A stretch of DNA of 40,960 bases, taken from Acidobacteriota bacterium. Lineage in GTDB: Bacteria > Acidobacteriota > UBA6911 > JACQSX01. Shown piece by piece: positions 7,975-16,452 of this stretch. The stretch is taken from assembly GCA_016199665.1 (NCBI GenBank), contig JACQGG010000148.1, forward strand, positions 1 to 40,960, written 5' to 3'. The first letter of the stretch is position 1; the number at the start of each line of letters is the position of its first letter. A program made the translations under genes and the position numbers. Under the pieces are notes generated by a model, which searched no databases, was not told where the DNA came from, and saw only the letters and a list, made by a program, of their open reading frames with translations.

Positions 7975-9882
7975 TCATATGACATAGTCGGCCGGCGGAG
8001 GCAATTGAAAGCCCAGGGTCAGCTTGTCAACGATCTCTGTCAGCGCCGCCGCGTCGGCGGCCTGCTCTCCGATGTCCAGTCTCAGGTCATAGGCTGAGGG
8101 AGAGCCCTGATCCGCGGCGACTTCCGGGCTGTCAACCCTGTCGCCGGCGGGTGTGTCCCCGGGAGACGACAACAGAACCGACAGGAATCCGACATTCTTC
8201 TGTTCGGCGAGAGCCCGCATGGAGGCGGCGACCGATTCCGGCAGCGGCCACGCCACAAGGGTGACCAGTCCCGCCTGAGCCAGAAGAAGCACGGTCTCAC
8301 TGATCGCCGCCGCAACATTCCAACTGGTTCGGGACGGCGGCAATGTCTCCAAGTCCGGCGCCATGGACGTCAACACTCCGGTCAAATTGCTCTCATCGAG
8401 AAGAAAGACGGCCATGCCGCGCGCAAATAATATGCACTCGAGCCTTTGCGCAATCCGGGATATTTCGGCCGGCTCGCCGGCCAGCCACACGACCACGCTC
8501 TTGTGGCCAAAACGGTGATGACGCTGCTGCAACGTCAGTCGCTCCGCAGCGGGACCCTTCCCTGCCTTCAGACTGGGCGCGTCAAGAACCTTGTAGGCAA
8601 TCCCGCCGCCCGCAAGCATGGTCCCGTCTGCAAGCACGAGCCTGCCTGTTGCAGCATTCTCCGAGTAAGGATCAATCGCGATCGGAGTCCGGGTGTGAAT
8701 CGTCACCTCGGCCACCTCATTGTGGCCGACGGAGTCGCGAACCCCGGCGACTTCCCCCAGGCTGTCGGCGTCAATGACCCGGTCCACCGACAGCACCTGA
8801 CAACTGACTTCCTGGGTTGTGACCTTGAGCTTGTAAGATCTGTTCCGGACCAGCGGCTCCTTTCCAAGCCAAAAGAGGCGAGCCTTGAACTTATGGGTCA
8901 CATCCGGCGGCATACCCTCGGGCGTGGCGACCTGGCCACGCTCGACAAAAATCTGCTCCTTGAGTGTGAGACCGACCGTCTCACCGGTCCGCGCACCGGA
9001 CTTCTTGGGCGCACTCCAGGCCTCGATGGTTTCAACTGAGGCTTCCTTTCCCCCGGGCCAAAAGACCAGCTTATCTCCGACGCTCACCTGCCCCGACTCG
9101 ACTCGTCCCACCAGAATCCGGCGATGGTCAAATCGGTAGACATCCTGAATCGGAATCCGCAGCGGCAGGGCGGACGGCGCTTTAAGACACTCAAAACCGT
9201 CCATGGCCGCGACAACGCTGGGGCCCTGGTACCAGGGGGTCTCCCCACTCGGGCCGGCAAGATTAACCCCGTCGGCCGCGACAATCGGGATAAAAACCTG
9301 CGGCTCGATGCCTGCCTTCTTCAGAAAGGCGCTACATTCACTTTCGATGTGCGAAAAAACCGCGCGATCATACCCGACCAGGTCCATCTTATTGACCAGA
9401 ACAACCAACTGGCGCACGCCAAGCAGGCTGAGCAGGTACCCATGCTGGCGCGTCTGTTCGCGAACGCCCTCGTTTGCCGCGATCAGCAACAAGGCTGCGT
9501 CGGCGCTGGCCGCTCCGGTGACCATGTTCTTGAGGAACTCACGATGGCCGGGCGCATCGATAATGACGTATTCTCTGGTTGCCGTGTGCAGCCACGTTTG
9601 GGCGACATCAATCGTTATGTTCTGGTCCCGCTCCGATTGAAAGGCGTCCATCAAGAAGGCCCATTCAAACTTGACGCCCCGCCTCTGGCAGGCGGTCTGG
9701 ATCTGCTCCTGCTTGCCGGTCGGCAGCGACCCTGTTTCCCAAAGGAGCCGTCCCACAAAGGTGCTCTTGCCGTGGTCAACGTGACCGACAATAACGACTC
9801 GGACCGGGCTGTCACCCGAGGGCATCGACTGCTTTGTTGTCTGAATCTCAACCAGTAGGGATTCTACGGATCTTTGTTCCAT
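7975..9882 (-). CDS. cysN: Sulfate adenylyltransferase subunit 1 (CysN GTPase) fused to a degenerate APS-kinase-like domain
   Basis: GTPase motifs are present: [18 protein letters not shown]. The C-terminal ~185 aa align with CysC ([21 protein letters not shown].. versus [21 protein letters not shown]..), but the Walker A GLSGSGKST is replaced by GEPAEISRI and LDGDNVR by LDESNLT. Confidence 0.95.
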   Translation of the reverse strand: MEQRSVESLLVEIQTTKQSMPSGDSPVRVVIVGHVDHGKSTFVGRLLWETGSLPTGKQEQIQTACQRRGVKFEWAFLMDAFQSERDQNITIDVAQTWLHTATREYVIIDAPGHREFLKNMVTGAASADAALLLIAANEGVREQTRQHGYLLSLLGVRQLVVLVNKMDLVGYDRAVFSHIESECSAFLKKAGIEPQVFIPIVAADGVNLAGPSGETPWYQGPSVVAAMDGFECLKAPSALPLRIPIQDVYRFDHRRILVGRVESGQVSVGDKLVFWPGGKEASVETIEAWSAPKKSGARTGETVGLTLKEQIFVERGQVATPEGMPPDVTHKFKARLFWLGKEPLVRNRSYKLKVTTQEVSCQVLSVDRVIDADSLGEVAGVRDSVGHNEVAEVTIHTRTPIAIDPYSENAATGRLVLADGTMLAGGGIAYKVLDAPSLKAGKGPAAERLTLQQRHHRFGHKSVVVWLAGEPAEISRIAQRLECILFARGMAVFLLDESNLTGVLTSMAPDLETLPPSRTSWNVAAAISETVLLLAQAGLVTLVAWPLPESVAASMRALAEQKNVGFLSVLLSSPGDTPAGDRVDSPEVAADQGSPSAYDLRLDIGEQAADAAALTEIVDKLTLGFQLPPPADYVI

Positions 9883-9999
9883 CGCCGCCTATGGAGTCGA
9901 AAATAACGCAAAAATCGAACCTGCCCGGAGACCTCCTCCGGTTTGTAGAAACACGCCGTGGCGGGTCTCTGTCATGGATTCCCTGTCACGGCGCATGGG

Positions 10000-10809
10000 T
10001 CACATGTAGCCGCTCTGGCGGAGCCGCTCAAAAGCATCCTCGGATTCCTGATCCTGCGCGCGCGTGGACCGCTCGCTCTGCTTCGTTTTTCTCAGCTCAT
10101 CGATAATCTCCGGCACCGTCTTTGCCTCGGACGCAACCGTGGCCGAGCAGGGCGCGCAGCCGAGACTGCGATAGCGCCGGCCCTTGTTGGCAAAATACAG
10201 GCTTACCACCGGGATCTTTTCGTGATGGATGTATTCCCACACATTGACTTCCGTCCAGTGCAGCAGCGGGTGCACGCGAACGTGGGTCCCCGGCGCAAAG
10301 TCGGTGTTGAACTGATCCCAAAATTCGGGAGGCTGGTTCTTGAAGTTCCACTCAGAGCTCTTGTCGCGAGGTGAGAAGTAGCGCTCCTTGGAGCGGGTCC
10401 CTTCTTCATCCCGGCGAATTCCCACAATCAGGCCGGAAAACCGATGCTGATGGATCACCTGGTTTAGAGCTTCCGTCTTCAGTAACGAGCAGCAGCGCAC
10501 GCGGCTGGCGCTGCCATTTGGATAGGTCTCCCCCCGGGCGAGCACTTCCTGGTTCTGGCCGACAATGAGATTCAGGTTCCATTCCCGCATCAGCCGGTCG
10601 CGATACTCGATCATCTCCGGGATCTTGTAGGAAGTGTCAATGTGGATCACCGGAAAAGGGACGTGGCCGAAGAATGCTTTGCGCACAAGCCACAGCAGCG
10701 CGCTCGAGTCCTTTCCGACGGACCACAACAAACCGAGAGGCTCGAACTTGTTGAACGCCTCGCGAATAATGTAAATGCTCTGCTGCTCCAGCTTCTCAAG
10801 ATGGGTCAT
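10000..10809 (-). CDS. cysD: Sulfate adenylyltransferase subunit 2
   Basis: [22 protein letters not shown]...[15 protein letters not shown] (PP-loop SxGKDS)...RRDEE...[10 protein letters not shown] are canonical CysD elements. The preferred ATG at 10809 forms an ATGA overlap with the cysH stop. An upstream in-frame ATG at 10824 is also possible. Confidence 0.95.
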   Translation of the reverse strand: MTHLEKLEQQSIYIIREAFNKFEPLGLLWSVGKDSSALLWLVRKAFFGHVPFPVIHIDTSYKIPEMIEYRDRLMREWNLNLIVGQNQEVLARGETYPNGSASRVRCCSLLKTEALNQVIHQHRFSGLIVGIRRDEEGTRSKERYFSPRDKSSEWNFKNQPPEFWDQFNTDFAPGTHVRVHPLLHWTEVNVWEYIHHEKIPVVSLYFANKGRRYRSLGCAPCSATVASEAKTVPEIIDELRKTKQSERSTRAQDQESEDAFERLRQSGYM

Positions 10810-11516
10810 CGATGCAATCCGCATTCGGTCTTCTCAAAGCCGACCCATCGGCCGTCCCGCTCGCTGTGGCCCGGCAGGACCGGGGCGGTACAGGGAGCGC
10901 AGCCGATGCTGGGATAGTTCCTGTCATGGAGAAGGTTATAAGGGACGTCGTACCGGCGAATGTAATTCCAGACGTCATCCCGGGTCCAAAAAGCCAGAGG
11001 ATTGAATTTTGTCAGCCCAAACTTGTCGTCCCACTCTCGAATCTGGGCGTTGGCCCTTGTGGGGCTCTGCTCGCGGCGAATTCCCGTAATCCAGGCGCCC
11101 AGTTCGGAGAGGGCTCTCTTAAGCGGCTCTACCTTGCGAATCTGGCAGCAGAGGTCGGGACGGCGTTTCCAGAGAGCGGGACCATGCAGGTTTTCCTGCC
11201 CCGGCACGCTAAGCTCTGTGGCAACACGCTCAAAGCGGAGCGGGTATTTTCGCCGGGCAGATTCGATGAGCTGATAGGTTTCCACAAAGAGCAGGTCTGT
11301 ATCCAGGTAGAAGACTCTGGCATCAGGCCTGATCCGTGCCAGGCAATCGACTAAGACCATGTCCTCGGCGCCAAAACTGCAGGCCAGAGCAATTCTCGGT
11401 TGAAACTCGTCAATGGCATCCCGCAGCACACGGCCCAGTTCGATTCCCTTCTCGTCCGGGTCTGTTCCGGCCGGCCCGACAGGCGGTGACTCGTTTTCTC
11501 TCGCTTCCGGGTTCAT
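10806..11516 (-). CDS. cysH: Adenylylsulfate (APS) reductase, thioredoxin-dependent, Fe-S type
   Basis: PAPS_reduct fold. The Cys pairs CC ([12 protein letters not shown]) and CxxC (SIGCAPCT) plus the C-terminal ECGLH motif are the signature of the 4Fe-4S APS-utilising class rather than E. coli-type PAPS reductase. Confidence 0.93.
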   Translation of the reverse strand: MNPEARENESPPVGPAGTDPDEKGIELGRVLRDAIDEFQPRIALACSFGAEDMVLVDCLARIRPDARVFYLDTDLLFVETYQLIESARRKYPLRFERVATELSVPGQENLHGPALWKRRPDLCCQIRKVEPLKRALSELGAWITGIRREQSPTRANAQIREWDDKFGLTKFNPLAFWTRDDVWNYIRRYDVPYNLLHDRNYPSIGCAPCTAPVLPGHSERDGRWVGFEKTECGLHR

Positions 11517-12289
11517 CTGGCACGCCTCCTTTTCTGTGTATCAGGCTGCCAGGAAATCCCCGCCAGCTTCTGGCGCAGCTTGACGACCTGACCCATGACA
11601 ATGACCGCTGGAGCTTCGATCCCCTCCGCGAGGGCTTCGATGCTGCCCAGTGTCCCTTCAATCGTTCGTTCCCGGCAGGTCGCGCCATTGGAGGTGACAG
11701 ACACAGGAAGCGCGTCGGAAACTCCCGCTTCTCTCAGGGCGGCAACGATCCGGCGGAAGTTTTCGACTCCCATGAGAATGACCAGCGTTGCGGACTGAGC
11801 AAGCCAGCCGGCCCACTGGCGGACTTCCTCCTGGCGGCAATGATGCCCGGAAACAATGACCAGGGCGCTTGAATGGCCGCGATGCAGCACCGGGATTCCC
11901 GCCAGAGCAGGCACGGCAATCGCGCTGGTCAGGCCGGGGACCACTTCAAAGTCAATGCCGGCATTGGCCAGGGCCTCAGCTTCTTCGCCGCCTCGGCCAA
12001 AAACGTACGGGTCCCCTCCTTTCAGCCTTACCACAGTTTGGCCTTTCCTGGCCTCGGCGATGGCCAGGCGCTGGATCCATTCCTGGCCTTCGGAATGGCC
12101 GCGCCGTTTGCCCACGTAAATCAGCCGCGCGCCGGTTCGGACTTGCCTGAGAAGCTCGGGGCGGACCAGCCGATCGTACAGCACGACGTCTGCGACCTGC
12201 AGGCATCGCACCCCTCGTAATGTTATCAGGTCCGGAGATCCGGGACCGGCGCCTACCAAATAGACCTTTCCTTCTTTTGACACCGTCAT
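11513..12289 (-). CDS. cobA: Uroporphyrinogen-III C-methyltransferase (SUMT)
   Basis: VYLVGAGPGSPDLITLRGVRCLQVADVVLYDRLV...VVRLKGGDPYVFGRGGEE are canonical SUMT/CysG-C motifs. There is a 4-nt overlap with cysH. Confidence 0.95.
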   Translation of the reverse strand: MTVSKEGKVYLVGAGPGSPDLITLRGVRCLQVADVVLYDRLVRPELLRQVRTGARLIYVGKRRGHSEGQEWIQRLAIAEARKGQTVVRLKGGDPYVFGRGGEEAEALANAGIDFEVVPGLTSAIAVPALAGIPVLHRGHSSALVIVSGHHCRQEEVRQWAGWLAQSATLVILMGVENFRRIVAALREAGVSDALPVSVTSNGATCRERTIEGTLGSIEALAEGIEAPAVIVMGQVVKLRQKLAGISWQPDTQKRRRAR

Positions 12290-12293
12290 TCTC

Positions 12294-12938
12294 TCACTCA
12301 GTACCTCGATTCAGAATCACGCCCACGCCTGCGGCACAGTTTCTGACCCCTGGAGTAAAAATCTCCGGCGATTCGTCGGCAAGAAGTTCCTGCCAGACCT
12401 GAGCCCGAAGCCCCACGTCGGGATAGCGTTTTTTTACCTTGGCCCGCAACCGGGCGTAGCGAGCCAGGATCTGCCCGGCCTTGTGACTGACAATCTGATC
12501 CAGCCTTCTGGCTGCCCAGGCGGCAAATGCCGGGGATTGGCCGTCGGTGGAGACAGCCAGCGTCAAATGTCCCCGCCTGATGACGGCGGGCATGTAAAAG
12601 TCGCAAAGCGCCGGCTCATCCGTCACATTGACCAGGCAGCGGCATTTCTTGGCCCAGCGGTAGATCCGTGCGTTGGCGCTGCGGTCCTCAGACGTCCCGA
12701 ATACCAGATCGGCCCCGTCGAAATGGTTCCGGCCAATGCCGCCTCGGATCCACCTGATGGAGTTGCGCCGAGCCCACTTCGCAATGGCCGGCGTCACCGA
12801 AGGGCTGACCACGCGCACCGATGCCCCACATCCGAGCAGAGCTCGGATCCGCTTCTCGGCAGCGGGCCCGCCGCCAATGACAAGGCAAACTCTGCGGTCC
12901 AAATTCAGACTGGCCGGAAACAAGATCGCTCCTTTCAC
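12294..12938 (-). CDS. sirC: Precorrin-2 dehydrogenase / sirohydrochlorin ferrochelatase (CysG N-terminal / SirC / Met8-like)
   Basis: Rossmann motif VCLVIGGGPAAEKRIRALLGCGASVRVVSP, about 210 aa, sitting between DUF2061 and cobA. Confidence 0.88.
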   Translation of the reverse strand: MKGAILFPASLNLDRRVCLVIGGGPAAEKRIRALLGCGASVRVVSPSVTPAIAKWARRNSIRWIRGGIGRNHFDGADLVFGTSEDRSANARIYRWAKKCRCLVNVTDEPALCDFYMPAVIRRGHLTLAVSTDGQSPAFAAWAARRLDQIVSHKAGQILARYARLRAKVKKRYPDVGLRAQVWQELLADESPEIFTPGVRNCAAGVGVILNRGTE

Positions 12939-13192
12939 GGCTTGAACGAACTCTTGGAAAGCTCGATTTGAGGCGCGCGGGTGGCCGCCGTCACCTCTCT
13001 CCCCCAGTGGATCTTCAACCAGAGCCGCTCGTGGTAGTAATACAGGACGAGGCGGATAAGATTGAAGGCGGAAGAGATGCCGATCGATTCACTCCAATTC
13101 CCGGTAAACAGATAGGAGATCACGCCGAGAATCAAAAAGCCCAGCAATCTCCAGACAACCGACTTAGCCCATGAACGGGCCTTTGTCTCCAC
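12935..13192 (-). CDS. DUF2061 small membrane protein
   Basis: 85 aa: RSWAKSVVWRLLGFLILGVISYLFTGNWSESIGISSAFNLIRLVLYYYHERLW. This is the two-TM DUF2061 pattern, a family recurrently linked to sulfate-assimilation genes. It overlaps the sirC start by 4 nt. Confidence 0.8.
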   Translation of the reverse strand: METKARSWAKSVVWRLLGFLILGVISYLFTGNWSESIGISSAFNLIRLVLYYYHERLWLKIHWGREVTAATRAPQIELSKSSFKP

Positions 13193-13195
13193 GAT

Positions 13196-13774
13196 TCACG
13201 ACTCCAGGTTTCTCAGCAGATCCAAAGCTGTAAAACTTCCTACTGCCTTTACGCGCACGCCAAAACGCTCCCGCAGATCGGTGTTCTGCTGCACCGTATA
13301 CACGGCGCTCGGGTAAAGCCGGCTGCACAAGGTCCTCAGGTCCGGCTCAAATGCCGCAAAGGTTTCCTCCGTATTTGGCGCCAGCAGGCGATCGTTAAGC
13401 AGCATTTCAAACTCGCTTCCGATGAATTTCAGCCTTCCGTCCAGCAACGGTTCCTGCTCCAGACGCCGGCAGGCCGTCAACGCCGACCGCACCGCTTGGG
13501 CCAGCCGGCGGCCGGTGTCTCCATTCATGGGCGCCTTGCGGTTGTAGAGAAGTCCGAGCCTGTCGCCGGTCTCGTCCATGCTGTAGTTGGCCTGGTGGCC
13601 GATCAGCATCACCCCGGGACCGGCCGAAACGTGGCGGTAGTCGGCCACATCCACCAGCAGTTCGCCGCCCACGCGCTCGCGAATCCATTCGTTGAAGATT
13701 CCGATGAACCCGGCCAGATCCAGCGCCCGCGAATCCGCTGCGAAAAACTTGACGTTTACGTGCTGCACTTCCAC
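13196..13774 (-). CDS. Hypothetical protein embedded in the sulfate-reduction operon (no family recognised)
   Basis: 192 aa with balanced, protein-like composition. It starts 9 nt after the sir stop and ends 3 nt before the DUF2061 start. I recognise no signal peptide, TM segment or known motif. Confidence 0.75.
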   Translation of the reverse strand: MEVQHVNVKFFAADSRALDLAGFIGIFNEWIRERVGGELLVDVADYRHVSAGPGVMLIGHQANYSMDETGDRLGLLYNRKAPMNGDTGRRLAQAVRSALTACRRLEQEPLLDGRLKFIGSEFEMLLNDRLLAPNTEETFAAFEPDLRTLCSRLYPSAVYTVQQNTDLRERFGVRVKAVGSFTALDLLRNLES

Positions 13775-13783
13775 GCGCCCTCC

Positions 13784-16105
13784 TCAGGCCGTTTCCGGAC
13801 TGGCCGCGGTCGCCGGGGCCGATCCTGAATCAAGCGGCAGCATCCGCTTCGCCTGCAGCCGCCCATAGCAACTATAGGCGGCCTCAACGAACAGTTGCGC
13901 CTCCTCGATGCGCCGGTGCGCAACTTCGGCTGAATAAGGACCGGCGGCGCGTTGCTGGGCGCGGAAGAGATACTGGGCGAATTTCCCGCCCGCATACGGG
14001 TCAAAGAAGAGTTCGGTGTCGTAAAAGCGTGTTCGAAATTCGCCAAGGATCTTGTCCGCGTCACCGGCGATGTCGGGCAGAAAAATCTTGACCAGGGCTC
14101 CGGCGGCCTGAACCATAGAAGCGCAGGCCGTCTCTCCAGCTTTCTGAAACTCCCCTTCGTCCAGCAGTACCTGGCTTTCAAAAACCTGCCGCTCGGCGGC
14201 GGTCAGCTCGAATTCCACGCGCGATACGACTTCGCCCGCGCACTCGCCGGCGCCGAGATCGCCGAGGGTAAACACGCGCGTGTCTCCCCAGTCGGCATAA
14301 AAGGATGGATCCACATCGTGAGAGGGAACGGAAACAAGATCCTGAAGCAATTTCTTGATTTCCGCCTTGCCCAAGCGCTGCAGGAAATCCTGAAAGCTCT
14401 CGTCCTTGCGCCGATCGGCCACATAACGGCCGGTGATTCTCAGCACGGCCTCGGGAATGCGCTTGGAGGGTACCGCGCCCATGGCAAGGCCGTAGGAACC
14501 TGCGTTGTCGGTCCACCGTCCCCCCAGCACTACCTGAAAATGGGGCACCGTATAGCTGGCCACATGCCGGCTCACGCCGTAGAAGCCAAGATCCGCAATG
14601 TGGTGCTGCCCGCAGGCGTTGAAGCAGCCGCTCACTTTGATGTGCATGTTCTGGACGGCTTGGTCCATCTGGTGGCTTTGTTCAGCCAACCGCGTGCGCA
14701 GCTCTGCTGCCAGACCCCGCGACGACGCGATGCCCAGCTTACAAGTGTCGGTGCCGGGGCAGGCGGTGATGTCAACAATGGTCCCGGCGCCCGGCTGGCC
14801 CAGGCCGATCGAAGCGAGCGCGCCATAGAGCTCCGGCAGATCGCCTTCGCTGACCCAGCGCAGGACGATGTTCTGCTCCACTGTGGTCCGGATCGTGTCC
14901 TTGACAAAGCGCCGCGCAATATCGGCCAGCTTTCGCAGTTGCACTGAAGTAATGTCGCCCAGCGGCAGAGTCACCGTTGCAACCGCATAACCCGGTTGCT
15001 TCTGGCTGAAGACGTTGGTCTTGAGCCACCGGTCAAAACCGGGCGGCGAAGCGGCGCCGCGGAAGGCGGGCGGGAGAGCCGCCGCAGGTTTCAGCGCAGT
15101 TTCCGCGTGTGCCGCCAAATCCTTCAGAAAAGCGGTCCACCGGGAATCGTGGGCCAAGGTGGCGCGTTCCTGCAGCACAATCTTGCGGAACTCTTCAACC
15201 CCCAGGTCGCTGACCAGAAACTTAAGGCGCGCCCGGTTCCGATTCTTCTTCTCACCCAAACGGGCAAAAACTCTGGAGATGGCCTGGGCTGTGGGCAGCA
15301 ACTCCTCTTCAGGCAGGAACGGGTCAAAAAGCTTTGCCTGATGGGGGACCGATCCGAGCCCCCCTCCGACGTAAAACTCAAAACCCCGCTGCTCTTTCCC
15401 GTTGCCCGTGCGCGTGACCGCGATGGCCCCCAGATCGTGCAGGTTGACCAGCCCACAGCCGTGGCTCTTGCAGCCGGAAAACGCGGCCTTGAACTTGCGG
15501 CCGAAATCCTGACAGTCCGGATGCCCCAGCAGAAACCGGGCGCAAGCCCGGGCGTAGGGGGTGACGTCAAACACCTCGTCCGGGCAAACTCCGGAATAGG
15601 GACAGGCGGTCACGTTGCGGACGGTATTGCCGCATGCTTCCCGGGTGGTAATGCCCGATGCGGCAAGACGTCGCATCAGCGAAGGCGTGTCGTCAATGTG
15701 GATAAAATGAAGTTGAAAGTCCTGGCGCGTGGTCACGTGGGCGATGCCGTCGGAGTATTCCTCGGCCAGGTCGGCGAGCACTTCAAGCTGCCGGACATTC
15801 AAGCCGCCGAACGGAATCTTGATCCGCTGCATTCCCGGCGCGTCCCAGAGCGTGCTGGGGCCCTTGGTCAGAGCGGCCGAGGGATATTGCAGTTGCCGCG
15901 TCGCCTCTCCGTCCCAGCGCTGGCCGTTGTCGTATCGCTGGCCGTAGACTCCGCGGCGAAGCCGGGTTTCCGCGAGCACTTTCTCATCAATTTTTCCCAG
16001 GCGCCTCAGCTCCAGCTCCATCTCGTAGATGTCAATTTCCCGAGCCAAATCTGCCGGCATTTCTTCCAGAAGCCGTTCCCTCCAGAACTGATTGCTGGCC
16101 TTCAT
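13784..16105 (-). CDS. sir: Assimilatory sulfite reductase hemoprotein (ferredoxin-type NirA/Sir family) with C-terminal helical extension
   Basis: There are two nitrite/sulfite-reductase repeats. The siroheme/4Fe-4S cysteine cluster is CPGTDTCKLG...SGCFNACGQHHIADLGFYG. The ATG at 16105 is preceded by GGAGG (ACGGAGGTTACCATG); the track start at 16120 is a TTG. The last ~146 aa (13784-14224) lie beyond the usual family end. Confidence 0.94.
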   Translation of the reverse strand: MKASNQFWRERLLEEMPADLAREIDIYEMELELRRLGKIDEKVLAETRLRRGVYGQRYDNGQRWDGEATRQLQYPSAALTKGPSTLWDAPGMQRIKIPFGGLNVRQLEVLADLAEEYSDGIAHVTTRQDFQLHFIHIDDTPSLMRRLAASGITTREACGNTVRNVTACPYSGVCPDEVFDVTPYARACARFLLGHPDCQDFGRKFKAAFSGCKSHGCGLVNLHDLGAIAVTRTGNGKEQRGFEFYVGGGLGSVPHQAKLFDPFLPEEELLPTAQAISRVFARLGEKKNRNRARLKFLVSDLGVEEFRKIVLQERATLAHDSRWTAFLKDLAAHAETALKPAAALPPAFRGAASPPGFDRWLKTNVFSQKQPGYAVATVTLPLGDITSVQLRKLADIARRFVKDTIRTTVEQNIVLRWVSEGDLPELYGALASIGLGQPGAGTIVDITACPGTDTCKLGIASSRGLAAELRTRLAEQSHQMDQAVQNMHIKVSGCFNACGQHHIADLGFYGVSRHVASYTVPHFQVVLGGRWTDNAGSYGLAMGAVPSKRIPEAVLRITGRYVADRRKDESFQDFLQRLGKAEIKKLLQDLVSVPSHDVDPSFYADWGDTRVFTLGDLGAGECAGEVVSRVEFELTAAERQVFESQVLLDEGEFQKAGETACASMVQAAGALVKIFLPDIAGDADKILGEFRTRFYDTELFFDPYAGGKFAQYLFRAQQRAAGPYSAEVAHRRIEEAQLFVEAAYSCYGRLQAKRMLPLDSGSAPATAASPETA

Positions 16106-16174
16106 GGTAACCTCCGTCAAGCTCGTCGTTGTCCCGCCCTAAGTGCAAAGTCAGAAGCGAATTGCGCCACAAAC

Positions 16175-16210
16175 AAAAAAACCGCCCTGAGTGTGCGTTT
16201 TCAGAGCGGG
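16175..16210 (-). terminator. Intrinsic terminator inside the sir 5' leader (attenuator)
   Basis: Minus-strand RNA is CCGCUCUGA-AAACGCACAC-UCAGGGCGG-UUUUUUU. The stem is 9 bp (one G.U), the loop 10 nt, and the run 7 U. It lies 69 nt upstream of the sir ATG and downstream of the predicted promoter. No gene lies upstream on this strand. Confidence 0.7.
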
Positions 16211-16244
16211 TCTTGTCAAAAGCAGCAGAAAAAAGGAAAAGTCG

Positions 16245-16346
16245 TCAGGCCGCCGCTTTTCGCCAACCCGCCCGAAAACGCAGAGGCGGAAAACAACAGC
16301 AGCGGATGAGTTGCTCCAGTTGGACCATATACCCGACTAATCCCAT
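16245..16346 (-). CDS. Candidate leader peptide with Cys-Cys-Cys run
   Basis: The 33-codon ORF MGLVGYMVQLEQLIRCCCFPPLRFRAGWRKAAA has TGC TGT TGT at 16293-16301. It sits between the predicted promoter and the leader terminator. There is no clear Shine-Dalgarno, and a second in-frame ATG lies at 16328. Confidence 0.45.
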   Translation of the reverse strand: MGLVGYMVQLEQLIRCCCFPPLRFRAGWRKAAA

Positions 16347-16370
16347 CAAGATAATCAATATTCCAGTGAG

Positions 16371-16398
16371 ATTTTACCCTCCTACAGAGCAAAGTCAA
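16371..16398 (-). promoter_or_regulatory. Sigma70-like promoter of the sulfate-reduction operon
   Basis: On the minus strand: TTGACT (16398-16393), 16-nt spacer, TAAAAT (16376-16371). Confidence 0.55.
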
Positions 16399-16452
16399 GA
16401 AAATTTCTGAAAAGAGGCGAACTGAAATACTCGCCGAAGATCTCCGGTCCCA

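Noticed and set aside
14996-16309. 437-aa ORF on the plus strand (and 13952-14947, 331 aa)
   Set aside because: It is antisense to the sulfite reductase gene and extends through the leader. It is not protein-like (R/G/P/Q-rich).
16211-16364. Possible SAM or other riboswitch aptamer in the sir leader
   Set aside because: I looked for SAM-I (UAUCAAGAG...GGCCC...GCAACC), SAM-II and SAM-IV core elements. Only a trivial GCAAC was found, with no matching helices. The short Cys-rich ORF explains the leader better, but a cmscan is still needed.
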